Below are positions 1-9,846 of a stretch of 64,000 nt of DNA, piece after piece (positions within the stretch are counted from its first letter, which is position 1; every line of letters starts with the position of its first letter). Location of the stretch: NCBI GenBank assembly GCA_003552585.1, contig PUNK01000035.1, positions 93-64,092 of the forward strand, read 5' to 3'. Both the position numbers and the translations under genes were made by a program. The notes under the pieces were generated by a model that saw only the letters and a program-made list of their open reading frames with translations, was not told the origin of the DNA and ran no database searches. Source of the DNA: Thermoplasmata archaeon. Lineage in GTDB: Archaea; Thermoplasmatota; Thermoplasmata; Halarchaeoplasmatales; Halarchaeoplasmataceae.

Positions 1-295
1 GCCAGGTTGGTTGCTTTTTAGTAGGAGTGTCTTGGTGCCTGAGGGAAAGGGACCCTTAGTACGAGAGGAACAGGGTCTCGCAGCCACTAGTCTACCAGTT
101 GTCCGACAGGGCAGAAGCTGGGTAGCCACGCTGTATGAAGATAAAGGCTGAAAGCATCTAAGCCTGAACCTTTTCCTGAAACGAGGCACCTAAAGACTCC
201 TGTAGAAGACGGGTTTGATAGAACCGGGGTGTAAGTACGAAGCTTCGGCGACGTATTCAGCCCACGGTTACTAAACGTCTGGACTGCCGTTTACA
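1..295 (+). rRNA. rrl: 23S rRNA, 3'-terminal ~300 nt (window begins inside the gene); 3' boundary approximate
   Basis: Sarcin-ricin loop AGTACGAGAGGAAC at 58-71 and conserved GGCTGAAAGCATCTAAGC at 146-163. In 23S, about 130-150 nt normally follow the latter. No 5S rRNA recognisable downstream. Confidence 0.85.
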
Positions 296-339
296 TTTTG
301 GGCTGGTCATCAGACAGGTCTGCGTGTGTGTTGTTTTTT

Positions 340-729
340 TTACCACAAACCGTATGGCGTAGTTGCATCTATCGAGAGATGAGATATATAACCCAACAAA
401 AAATAATAAAGGAATAACACTCCATAATGTGTCCTTTTCAAGATCGCTAAAAGGGAGATGCACCATAATATTAACAAGATCATAAACAATAATCTGCTGT
501 GGGCAAAACGACGGTGGCGCGAGGAAAACGGCGGATCTAAAATATCTGGTAATATAGCTCCTGAAACAGTTCCTCCTAACATCAGAATGATCGTTAGAAA
601 TGAAGAACCAAGCAAGGAGTATATTATACCGGTCAATGAAGGTAAGTTCATAGTCCGTAGTACTTTCAAAAGCACGAACCCGATGATCCCGAATAAAAGT
701 CCGAATAGGATGTGTGTATTTCTACGCAT
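340..729 (-). CDS. membrane-bound metal-dependent hydrolase, YdjM/DUF457-like
   Basis: 129 aa, multi-TM. N-terminal M..THxLFG and C-terminal SHLxxDxxTxxG motifs typical of the DUF457 family. Confidence 0.5.
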   Translation of the reverse strand: MRRNTHILFGLLFGIIGFVLLKVLRTMNLPSLTGIIYSLLGSSFLTIILMLGGTVSGAILPDILDPPFSSRHRRFAHSRLLFMILLILWCISLLAILKRTHYGVLFLYYFLLGYISHLSIDATTPYGLW

Positions 730-817
730 ATTACCGCATTAAAAAAGATATATTTATAGAGGACAGATAGAGGTGTGTGAAAGTAAAAAGGAGATCATGT
801 TTGGATAGATTTTTTAT

Positions 818-1981
818 ATGTGCAAAGCGTCTGCCAGTTGGATGACCGAACGAGATGATAAACCGGAAGAAGATTACGTGTTGACTCCCTGGGAGGTCAA
901 AGGCAGTATCGATTATGAACAATTGATAAAAAAATTTGGCACCGAGAAGATCGACGAGGAGCTTCTTTCAAGGATAGAAAACATAGCCGGGGAACTGCAC
1001 TTCATGCTCAGGCGAGGGATATTTTACTCTCACAGAGATATGAAATGGATTTTAGATGAATATGAAAAGGATAATAAGTTTGTTTTATATACCGGTCGGG
1101 GCCCCTCAGGCCACACTCACGTAGGTCATCTGATGCCGTGGATATTTGCGAGGTGGATACAAGAGCGTTTTGATGTTGAACTTTACTTTCAGTTGACAGA
1201 TGATGAAAAATATCTGTTCAACTTTGACATGGAGCTCGAAGACACTCATGATTTCGCATTAGAGAACGCTTTAGATATCATAGCTATTGGTTTTGATCCC
1301 GATAAAACGCATATCCTTATAGATACAGATGATATAGACACGCTTTATCCTCTAGCACTTAAAGCCGCAAAGAGGATAAATTTTTCAACCGTAAAAGCAG
1401 TGTTTGGATTTGACAATTCCACCAACGTTGGAGGTATATTTTACACCTCTATTCAATCCGCCCCATGTTTTTTACCTTCGGAGTTGGAGGATAGAAAGGT
1501 TCCAGTTGTGATACCATGTGGGATAGACCAGGACGCCCATTTTAGGGTGACTAGGGATATCGCTGAAACCTTGGGCTATTACAAGCCAGCCCTCCTCCAC
1601 AACAAGTTGGCGCCCTCACTTGACGGCTCAGGAAAGATGTCAGCTAGCATACCTAACACCACCATATTCACTACTGATACGGGTGACGAGGTAGACCGCA
1701 AGATCGACGAGGCTATCACCGGTGGAAGGATATCAGCAAAAGAACAGAGGGAAAAAGGTGGAAATCCCGATATCTGTGCGGTGCAGAATTATAGATTTTA
1801 CCTTTTTGAAGAAGACGACAGACGAGTTGCTGAAATCGCAGATAGATGTAGGTCGGGCGATCTACTGTGTGGAGAGTGTAAGGGATTGTTGAAGGACAAT
1901 ATCAAATCGTTTTTAGAAAGGCATCAAAAGAGAAGGGAAAAGGCGAGAGAACAGCTGCAGGATTTTCTTTTTGAAAACTGA
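818..1981 (+). CDS. trpS: tryptophanyl-tRNA synthetase, archaeal/eukaryotic type
   Basis: Class I aaRS HIGH-like motif GHTHVGH and KMSAS motif. Overall TrpRS-like layout; true start may be the downstream Met (MTERDD...). Confidence 0.9.
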   Translation: MCKASASWMTERDDKPEEDYVLTPWEVKGSIDYEQLIKKFGTEKIDEELLSRIENIAGELHFMLRRGIFYSHRDMKWILDEYEKDNKFVLYTGRGPSGHTHVGHLMPWIFARWIQERFDVELYFQLTDDEKYLFNFDMELEDTHDFALENALDIIAIGFDPDKTHILIDTDDIDTLYPLALKAAKRINFSTVKAVFGFDNSTNVGGIFYTSIQSAPCFLPSELEDRKVPVVIPCGIDQDAHFRVTRDIAETLGYYKPALLHNKLAPSLDGSGKMSASIPNTTIFTTDTGDEVDRKIDEAITGGRISAKEQREKGGNPDICAVQNYRFYLFEEDDRRVAEIADRCRSGDLLCGECKGLLKDNIKSFLERHQKRREKAREQLQDFLFEN

Positions 1982-2078
1982 ATAGCTGAATTATATGCTG
2001 GCATTTGTTCTTGAAAGAAAAACTTATATATAGTAGAGGCAACATGAGTTTGTTCTACCCGATTCAAGGTGAAATCAG

Positions 2079-5000
2079 ATGCGATTCAGTATGCCAAAGC
2101 TAGGTGACAAACGAGAAAAAAAGGACAAGGATGAATCTACCTTCTTTGAAGACAGATGGGGAACTATAATATGTCTTGTAGGTATTTTTATCCTGGCCTT
2201 CTTTGTACGGACATATTTTGCGTTCGAGCTATCGACTAAATTTGGAACCCCGTATCTACTTACAGGTGGTTCCGACGCTTATTATTATGAGAGGATCGTA
2301 GAATATATCGCATTCAACAACCGTCACCTGCTTCATGACAACATGCTAAATTATCCTCTAGGTCTTACGAATCCCCGACCCCCTATGTTTGGTTGGACGA
2401 CCGCATTGAGTGCTTATTTTATATACCCTTTTGTCGGTGATCTTACCCAGGCAGTTCATTATTCATTCATCTTATCCACGGGATTCTGGGGAGCTCTGAC
2501 GATCTTTCCAACATACCTTGTGGGAAGAGATACCTTCGGAAAGAAGGCGGGGATCGCAGCAGCATTCCTTTTAGCGATAAGCGCCGGGCATCTTCAGAGA
2601 AGTATCATAGGCAATGGTGACCACGACGCGATATATCTTTTCTTTATCGTTGCAGGTTTTTACTTCTTCATGAAGGCTCTGAAAGGCATCCCTGAGGATA
2701 AAGTGTGGGTAAAAGATTGGAAAGTTAGAAAGGATATAAAGAAAGGGATAAACGAATTCGTATCCGGAAACAAACGTTCACTTCTTTACGCCGCCATGGC
2801 CGGTATGTGTGTGGCAACTGTAGCTCTCAGCTGGCAGGGTTATGCCTACGTGTTTGTGATCATCTTAGCATATTATTATGTCCAATTATTCATCGACAAG
2901 TTTAGATACAGAGATTCTTTGGGTGTCACATTCTGTGTAGGAATAGTGTTATCGATGGCACTCCTTTTGGCGGCACCATTTTATCTTACCTCCGGAGTAG
3001 GTGCTCGCTTACCCGATGCAGTTGGGATATGGTACGATGTACCCCTGATATTGACGATAATCGCGATGGTCGGAGGGGTGTTCTTGACAATATCCCGGGA
3101 CTATCCCTGGGTCCTTGTATTTTCTACCATGGCTGCGGTTATAGCAGGTGTTCTGTTTTACGCAGTATACATAAATCCAGCTTTCATGACTGCTCTCACC
3201 ACCGGTGCAGGTTACTTCGTAAGAACACCGGCGATAGAGACGATCGCGGAGGCTCAGGCACCAGAGTTCAGCAACCTCGTTTTATCCTTCGGTCCGGCCA
3301 GCTTTTTCTTATCTGTAGCAGGTATAGCGCTGGCTATATGGAACCTGAAGGGAAAGTGGACCACCGATTTCTTATTCATATTGGTTTGGACCGCCTTTGC
3401 AATATATATGGCCACATCCGCTGCAAGGTTCATCTTCAACGGGTCACCTGCGTTCGCTTTGACCGCTGGTTGGGTCATCGCCATCATAGTGGATAGGACC
3501 GAGTTCAATACGTTGTATGATAGAGTGAAAAGTTTCAGAGGCGACTTAGTAATTGGTTTGAAAAGAGGTGTAAAAGCCCGCCATGTGATCACTGCTTTGT
3601 TCTTAGTATTCTTGATAATGTTGCCTAACGTGATGTATGGTTTTGATGCAGGCATACCCTTCGAAGAGAAAGGAAGGTACGATGATCAAATTCACAGCAG
3701 CCTCCCAGAGTTCATGCGTCCGGATGCAGATGACGAGAGACAGCAGAATTGGCACCTTGGCGCCTTCGGTTATGGTCTGGATAAACCAACCGATTACTGG
3801 CCTGCAGCTTGGGAATGGTTAGATGAAAAGAATTCACACATCCCTCCTGAACAAAGGCCAGGGTTTATGAGCTGGTGGGATTACGGTTTTGAATCGGTCC
3901 AAAGAGGAAAGCATCCCACAGCGGCTGACAACTTCCTTTCCGGACATAGGTTTGCTGGAAATATATTGATGTCCCAGAACGAGACCGAGATGGTATCGCT
4001 CATGTTGGTAAGGATGCTTGAAGCTCCGGTGAGGGAGGATGGAGGATTAGAAGGTGATATCCGAACCATCTTGGAGAATCACTTGGGCAGAGAAAAGACC
4101 GATCACCTTGAAGATGTTATGTTGAATCGGGAAGAATATCGAGAAGTGGTTTTATCCAATCCAGATATATATCGTCCAAGGGCCGAGGATATGCATCCTC
4201 AAAATGTGATGTATGCAAAAACGATGGGTCTGCTTGCCACCGAAGAATTGGACACTATAACTGATATATATAGGGAGATCACGGATGAGATGGGCAAATT
4301 ACTAAAATATCTTGCGGTCGATACACGGCTCTTCCCCATGTCTGCGAGGCAGACAGGTATATTCTATGCTCCTGCTAAACTTTCAGGACACAGGATCGGT
4401 GGAGAAGCTCAGGCCAGAACACCCATCGATTTCTTTACCATATTATATGTAGATGAACAGGGTAATGAATATGAAGACCCGGATGATATACCACCAGAGG
4501 TTCGGATAGTTGATTATAAAATCGATTATACCGATATGTTCTATAATACCGCACTTTACAGGGTCTTTGTAGGATACGCAAATCATTGGGTCGGTGCAGA
4601 CGAGGGCATCCCTGGTCTAGGGGAGGAACAACAGCAACAACAACCTCAACAACAGCAGGAACAACCGATGCCTGGTTGGGGTCTGGAACACTTTAGAATA
4701 GCTACTAGAACAGCATATTACAACCCGTATCCTCATGAAGAAGTACGTGACCATCCCGAAGCATGGAGAGCAGTTTCGCTACAAGAGGCTTTAGAGTATC
4801 AGGAACGAGGAGAGGGCACTGTTGACTTGAGTGCACAGAGTTATATGAGGCAGGGTGTTGTTATCCTGGAATATTCACATGGTGCTCTTGTATCCGGAAG
4901 GGTGACTACCGAGGATGGCACTCCTATCCCTGAAGCCCGGGTCACGGTGACCGATGAATACGGCACTCCACATCACGTAAGCTATACTGATCAAGAAGGT

Positions 5001-8000
5001 AATTATGAGGTCAAAGCCCCTAGAGGTGAGATCAGTATTCATGTAACCACAGGTGGTCAAGAAGGGGAGGCGCCTGGACATGATACAGAACCTCCACTTA
5101 CAAGGAGTGGCGATGAGATAACGTTTGAAGATAATCCTGAAGATGAGTTCGAGTTGCCTCCAGGAGAAGAGATGCCTCCTATTGAGGAGATGCCACCTGA
5201 GGAAGAGATGCCACCGATTGATCAACCCCCTGTTGAAGAACCACCGGAAGAACCTTTAGACCAACAAAAGCTGACGAAAACTGAAAATATCGTATTGGCC
5301 TCGACTACACTTGAAATATCAGAAGAACAGGCCATGAGAAGGAAAAGGGATAGAACAGGAGACGGTCGATGGGATTATTTGATAAGAGAAGACATGACAG
5401 TTCCTGCCGGTGAGATCGATGTTAATGTATTCATCGATGTTGACGACAGTGAAGAATATTCACCAGAGCATGATACATTGGTCCCCTCTTCTATAACAAT
5501 AGAAAACGAGAGACACGGAGTTAGAAGGGAATCTGGCCCAACGGATGGAAGTCACACATTCTCCGGATTAATACCTGGAGTTTACAAGTTAAATACCGAT
5601 GTTGGCACGGAAGAGGTCGAAGTTTATGTTCAGCCAGGGGAAACAGCTACCGAAGACATAGCTGTAGACACATCTCATCTTGAGGGTAGTGTAGAGGTCG
5701 ACGAAGACATAGATTACTCAGATATACGTCTTTATCTCGAGGAAAAGGATGGGGATGAGTACTGGAGTACCACAATAGATGATCAAGGAAATTATACCTT
5801 TTCTAATGTCTATCCTGGAACCTATACTCTCGGGGTTGAAGAAGATGAATTTACCCTTAGAGGAGGACCGTTGGTGGTTGAGCTGCAAAGAGGGGAGACG
5901 GAGGAAAGGATATTAAACATCACGCATGCTCAGATAATAGAAGGAGAAGCAGTAAAAGAAGATTCAGTAATAACTAACCAGCGTATTTCCATCTCCGGAA
6001 TAGGAGATCATGATTACTATCATACGATAAGAACTGACGAATCTGGACAATTCAGGGTCAAACTTCCGGAAGGGGTTTACTCTATCTACGGACTTAATCA
6101 GAGGAATGAAGATAAGTTTGCACATCTAGGTCATCTTAACGCTCCTTACGAAGGGACATATAGAGCTGAATTTACACGTGCATTTAGATTACGTGGAAGA
6201 GTTGAGATCGATCAACAGCCTGTGGATCAGTTCAACCTGTTTATAACGAGCGAAGAAGATGGCGAGATGGAGTTGAAAACCAACTCAAAGGGGATGTTCA
6301 GTGTTGTTTTACCTTCGGACGAGTATTACATCTATGGATGGCACATAGAGTTGGATGCATCATTATTCTACTCCGGCTCTATCACACTAAATTCGGACAC
6401 AACTTATAATTTAGAAACAGAATTTGGAAGGATAGTGAGAGGAGTAACTTATAGAGAGACTGGAGAAAGTATTGAACCGGAAGAAAACTTGCCTATATCT
6501 ACTCAGATAGAGTTGATAATCGACGGTCAATCCACCCGGTTAAGATCGGCAAGGGACGGTAGCTTCACCGTGGTAATACCTGATAGGGATACAGAGATCC
6601 GATTTGAAAAACATGGATATTATGAGAAAGTAAAAACCGTCGAAACTGGAGAGGAATTTGATACGGATCTCTATTTAAGAGCTAAGAATGTGACAGTTGA
6701 GGGATCTACCGTTTTCGCACATGACGGTATAGTTCCTGACGGTATACCGGTTGTTTTTGAACCCATCGATGAATGGGGTATGAAAACCCAAGTCGATACG
6801 ATTGATGGAGAATACCTATTAGAAGTACACCCTGGCAGATACGAGGTGTCCGTCCAATATTCTCCCGAGGATCATGTGCGGTATATTGCTTCTGAAGAGA
6901 TAGAGATATTACCCGGAGAGAACGTCGAATTACCTTTGACACTCAAATATGCAGTAAGGATCCATGGATCTATTCAAGACAACCAAGGTGTAGAGCAATA
7001 TGCAAACATAACTTTCCAGGGTGAATATGAGGAAGAGATACGTGCTGATGGTAGCTACGAGATATACTTACCAACTGGAAGTTATTCATATTGGGCGAAG
7101 GGAGAAGATGAAGAAATGGTAGGAACGGGATCCTTCGAAGAAGATGAGCCCAAACAGGTAAACTTAACTTTGGAAGAAGCTGTTGTCTTCAACCCCTTGG
7201 TAAGATACGATGAAGAGCCTAGGGAAGGAATTCCCGTCGAATTCCAGAATATTGATTCAGGATTTTCATTCAATCATACAACGGATGTAGATGGTGGTTT
7301 CGAAGCTCTTTTAGCACCTGGTCAATATTCTGTATCCGTTGACCATATAACCACCGAACCTGTACGAGGTGTGACAAGAAAGGTTCATTATACTTATAGT
7401 GAAGAATATAATGTTGTAGGATCTACTTCTCCTCATATCCCACTTGAAAGAGAGTTTATAAATGCAACATTATATGGAACAGTAGCATTGGAAGATGAGG
7501 TTTTGGAAGGTGTGGAAGTGACCTTTGAAGCACTCTCCCCCGAGGCCATGTCTAAATCTACGGTAACTACCACTGGTGGACATTTCGAGATCGAGTTGTC
7601 GAAGGGCATGTATAGTGTTTATACCGTGTATGAAACCAGTATAGGGCACTTTGCAGCATTCCATGAGTTCGTTATGACTGACGAGGATGATGAGTTAGAT
7701 ATATCCTTGGAAAGAGCTAGAACATTATACGGTGCGGTATTCGCAGAGGGAGAGCGTTTGGAATCGGAAGTTTTGATCCGTTCAGAGGATGGTCTACAAC
7801 TGACTCTTGAAACGGACAGTAACGGAGAATATTTCACCGCCCTTCCTGAAGGTTTTTATACTATAGAAGTTACAGCTGAAATGGAACGAGAGATAATCGG
7901 TCTTACACAGTACAGAAAGAGTGAACAGGTCGATCTTCAATTCAATACGGAAAGAGATATAGAACTAGAGAAGGTAGAAGAATACGGTATAGAGATAGGT

Positions 8001-8777
8001 GAGGTCCGAGAAAAGTCAGCAAGACCAGGAGATACACTTGTCTACGATGTATCGATCAAAAATACCGGTAACGTGCATGATGACTTCATTATATCTGATA
8101 TGGATGCAGTATGGGATATGGAATTTGATCCAGATCAATTCTCATTGGATCCTCAGCAATCTAGGTCTGTCAGGATAAAGCTCCATGTGCACGAGAATGC
8201 CTCCGTAAGCCACCCACCAATACGTTTTGAAGTTGAATCGTTGAGTTCTGGTGAGACAGAAAGCCGAACAATCCGTGTGAATGTAGCTCAACATCACGGT
8301 GTTGAACTTCATCCTGAAGTTAGCAGCAAAGAAGTAAGAGATGGTAAAATAATTTATACGATACCGCTAGAAAACACAGGAAACGGCGAAGATACATATT
8401 CTCTTTATATACGAAACAGACCTAATTTAGAGACGCTTGGGTGGGACGTGTCTTTGGACAATCGTACTGTTGAGGCTAATGATGGTGAGATAGCCGATGT
8501 CGAGATAATCTTAACTCCAATCACATCTAGACCATCTGGACGAGTGAGGCTCGAAATAGAAGCAGTTTCTCAGGGGGATAATTCAGTCAGATATACGGAG
8601 AATTATCACATGGAGGTGCCTGCTATAACTTCAGATCCAGGAACTTTATTTTTGGTTGGGGAAGGGATCTTCCTTGAAAGAGAACCCTTCGAACTTAGCA
8701 GAATTCACTGGGCATTGATAATAATCGGTGTGGTGATCGCCGGTATATACGTTGCACGTAAGAGGAGGTGGTTCTAG
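2079..8777 (+). CDS. aglB: AglB/STT3 oligosaccharyltransferase fused to a ~1500-aa extracellular extension and a C-terminal TM anchor
   Basis: 2232 aa. The N-terminal ~550 aa is polytopic membrane domain with the STT3 signature WWDYG (MSWWDYGFE). The extension has repeated carboxypeptidase-regulatory-like beta-sandwich modules (GRVTTEDGTPIPEARVTVTDEYG..., GxVxDxxG patterns), a polyQ stretch (QQQQQPQQQQEQ, nt ~4625-4665), EEMPP repeats and a terminal TM plus RKRRWF. Confidence 0.85.
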   Translation: MRFSMPKLGDKREKKDKDESTFFEDRWGTIICLVGIFILAFFVRTYFAFELSTKFGTPYLLTGGSDAYYYERIVEYIAFNNRHLLHDNMLNYPLGLTNPRPPMFGWTTALSAYFIYPFVGDLTQAVHYSFILSTGFWGALTIFPTYLVGRDTFGKKAGIAAAFLLAISAGHLQRSIIGNGDHDAIYLFFIVAGFYFFMKALKGIPEDKVWVKDWKVRKDIKKGINEFVSGNKRSLLYAAMAGMCVATVALSWQGYAYVFVIILAYYYVQLFIDKFRYRDSLGVTFCVGIVLSMALLLAAPFYLTSGVGARLPDAVGIWYDVPLILTIIAMVGGVFLTISRDYPWVLVFSTMAAVIAGVLFYAVYINPAFMTALTTGAGYFVRTPAIETIAEAQAPEFSNLVLSFGPASFFLSVAGIALAIWNLKGKWTTDFLFILVWTAFAIYMATSAARFIFNGSPAFALTAGWVIAIIVDRTEFNTLYDRVKSFRGDLVIGLKRGVKARHVITALFLVFLIMLPNVMYGFDAGIPFEEKGRYDDQIHSSLPEFMRPDADDERQQNWHLGAFGYGLDKPTDYWPAAWEWLDEKNSHIPPEQRPGFMSWWDYGFESVQRGKHPTAADNFLSGHRFAGNILMSQNETEMVSLMLVRMLEAPVREDGGLEGDIRTILENHLGREKTDHLEDVMLNREEYREVVLSNPDIYRPRAEDMHPQNVMYAKTMGLLATEELDTITDIYREITDEMGKLLKYLAVDTRLFPMSARQTGIFYAPAKLSGHRIGGEAQARTPIDFFTILYVDEQGNEYEDPDDIPPEVRIVDYKIDYTDMFYNTALYRVFVGYANHWVGADEGIPGLGEEQQQQQPQQQQEQPMPGWGLEHFRIATRTAYYNPYPHEEVRDHPEAWRAVSLQEALEYQERGEGTVDLSAQSYMRQGVVILEYSHGALVSGRVTTEDGTPIPEARVTVTDEYGTPHHVSYTDQEGNYEVKAPRGEISIHVTTGGQEGEAPGHDTEPPLTRSGDEITFEDNPEDEFELPPGEEMPPIEEMPPEEEMPPIDQPPVEEPPEEPLDQQKLTKTENIVLASTTLEISEEQAMRRKRDRTGDGRWDYLIREDMTVPAGEIDVNVFIDVDDSEEYSPEHDTLVPSSITIENERHGVRRESGPTDGSHTFSGLIPGVYKLNTDVGTEEVEVYVQPGETATEDIAVDTSHLEGSVEVDEDIDYSDIRLYLEEKDGDEYWSTTIDDQGNYTFSNVYPGTYTLGVEEDEFTLRGGPLVVELQRGETEERILNITHAQIIEGEAVKEDSVITNQRISISGIGDHDYYHTIRTDESGQFRVKLPEGVYSIYGLNQRNEDKFAHLGHLNAPYEGTYRAEFTRAFRLRGRVEIDQQPVDQFNLFITSEEDGEMELKTNSKGMFSVVLPSDEYYIYGWHIELDASLFYSGSITLNSDTTYNLETEFGRIVRGVTYRETGESIEPEENLPISTQIELIIDGQSTRLRSARDGSFTVVIPDRDTEIRFEKHGYYEKVKTVETGEEFDTDLYLRAKNVTVEGSTVFAHDGIVPDGIPVVFEPIDEWGMKTQVDTIDGEYLLEVHPGRYEVSVQYSPEDHVRYIASEEIEILPGENVELPLTLKYAVRIHGSIQDNQGVEQYANITFQGEYEEEIRADGSYEIYLPTGSYSYWAKGEDEEMVGTGSFEEDEPKQVNLTLEEAVVFNPLVRYDEEPREGIPVEFQNIDSGFSFNHTTDVDGGFEALLAPGQYSVSVDHITTEPVRGVTRKVHYTYSEEYNVVGSTSPHIPLEREFINATLYGTVALEDEVLEGVEVTFEALSPEAMSKSTVTTTGGHFEIELSKGMYSVYTVYETSIGHFAAFHEFVMTDEDDELDISLERARTLYGAVFAEGERLESEVLIRSEDGLQLTLETDSNGEYFTALPEGFYTIEVTAEMEREIIGLTQYRKSEQVDLQFNTERDIELEKVEEYGIEIGEVREKSARPGDTLVYDVSIKNTGNVHDDFIISDMDAVWDMEFDPDQFSLDPQQSRSVRIKLHVHENASVSHPPIRFEVESLSSGETESRTIRVNVAQHHGVELHPEVSSKEVRDGKIIYTIPLENTGNGEDTYSLYIRNRPNLETLGWDVSLDNRTVEANDGEIADVEIILTPITSRPSGRVRLEIEAVSQGDNSVRYTENYHMEVPAITSDPGTLFLVGEGIFLEREPFELSRIHWALIIIGVVIAGIYVARKRRWF

Positions 8778-9557
8778 TTGCCTCACAATAAAGTATTCTC
8801 TTATTTTTTACTCTTAAGTATGCTCTTGTCCTTGCTTTTGATCCCCTCATCTACAAGAGCTTTCTCTCAACAAGGTGTTGATATCCATATTGATGGTCCT
8901 ACTGAGGTTTTTGTTCAGAAGACTGAGGAATTCAAAATCGAGATTAGAGGTGAATTTGCAACTCAAGAAGCTATCAATTGGAGTATAGAGATTCAAGAAA
9001 CGATGGGAGTGCATATAGAACCGATGACTGACGATTCCACGGAGAGCAATGTATTTTATGTTGATATCACCCCTTTGGAGGAAGACACTTTTACGATCCC
9101 TGTGAAAGGATACTGTTCTGATGGGGAGGAAGTCAGGTATAGTGAGACAAACATAGTTATTGAAACCAAAGAACCCAAAGTTCTAACGTTAGAGGTAAAA
9201 AATTCTCATGACTACAAAATAGACCGTGTAAGGGTCGGTCTTTACATAGACGATACACTTGTTAGGATTCAGAATGTCAACGATCTCGAGCCTAACGAGA
9301 CAAGGATGGTTGAGATATATTGGACCAAAGAAGATCTAGAGCCGGGAGAACATACTCTTGAAGTTTGGTTGGACTACGGACTCCATGGTGAAGATAGATT
9401 CGTTAGAGGAGAACAACTAATCAGCCGCACCTTTCATGTAGAGAGAGATCGAAATTACACGTGGATCATATTAGGTGTGATCGCTGCGGTGTCTGGAGTT
9501 ATATTCTTCCTTTATTATCACTCTAAAAAGAAAAGAAAGAGCAGAAGACCATGGTGA
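8778..9557 (+). CDS. secreted, C-terminally TM-anchored protein, unknown function, co-transcribed with aglB
   Basis: TTG at 8778 immediately after the aglB stop, with GGAGG 9 nt upstream. Alternative ATG at ~8819 begins a signal peptide (MLLSLLLIPSSTRAFS). N-x-S/T sequons present. C-terminal TM followed by a KKKRKSRR tail. Confidence 0.5.
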   Translation: MPHNKVFSYFLLLSMLLSLLLIPSSTRAFSQQGVDIHIDGPTEVFVQKTEEFKIEIRGEFATQEAINWSIEIQETMGVHIEPMTDDSTESNVFYVDITPLEEDTFTIPVKGYCSDGEEVRYSETNIVIETKEPKVLTLEVKNSHDYKIDRVRVGLYIDDTLVRIQNVNDLEPNETRMVEIYWTKEDLEPGEHTLEVWLDYGLHGEDRFVRGEQLISRTFHVERDRNYTWIILGVIAAVSGVIFFLYYHSKKKRKSRRPW

Positions 9558-9846
9558 TGAAGTCTCATCTAAATCTTCTCTAAGATCTTCCGTTAGAATT
9601 TATGATCTGGGTTTTTCGCCCTTCCTTAGGAAGTTTTCTTAAAGAGGGTGATCTCATCTGGAATTTAAGGGATGTTTTCAGACCACCTCCTAATGCATAG
9701 CCATCTGTTGAGGTAATCACTGTTTTATTCATCTGTCTCATAAGAGCAAATATTTCCTCCTCTCTAATTGACAGCGAGCTTCTTCACGTTCCGAAGATTG
9801 TGAGGAGGAGTAAAACATACTTATAATGGTTATCTAATTAACCACC

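Noticed and set aside
458-742. 94-aa plus-strand ORF overlapping the YdjM-like gene
   Set aside because: It is antisense to a gene with recognisable family motifs; no motif of its own.
3029-3655. ORFs 3029-3496 (+) and 3254-3655 (-) and other short ORFs inside aglB (3881-4069, 4875-5225, 6706-7837)
   Set aside because: They are entirely embedded in the well-supported AglB reading frame and have biased, low-complexity composition with no motifs.
9554-9615. Possible box C/D sRNA (GTGATGA C-box at 9554-9560)
   Set aside because: No CTGA D-box at an appropriate distance and no C'/D' pair. The C-box match alone is expected by chance.
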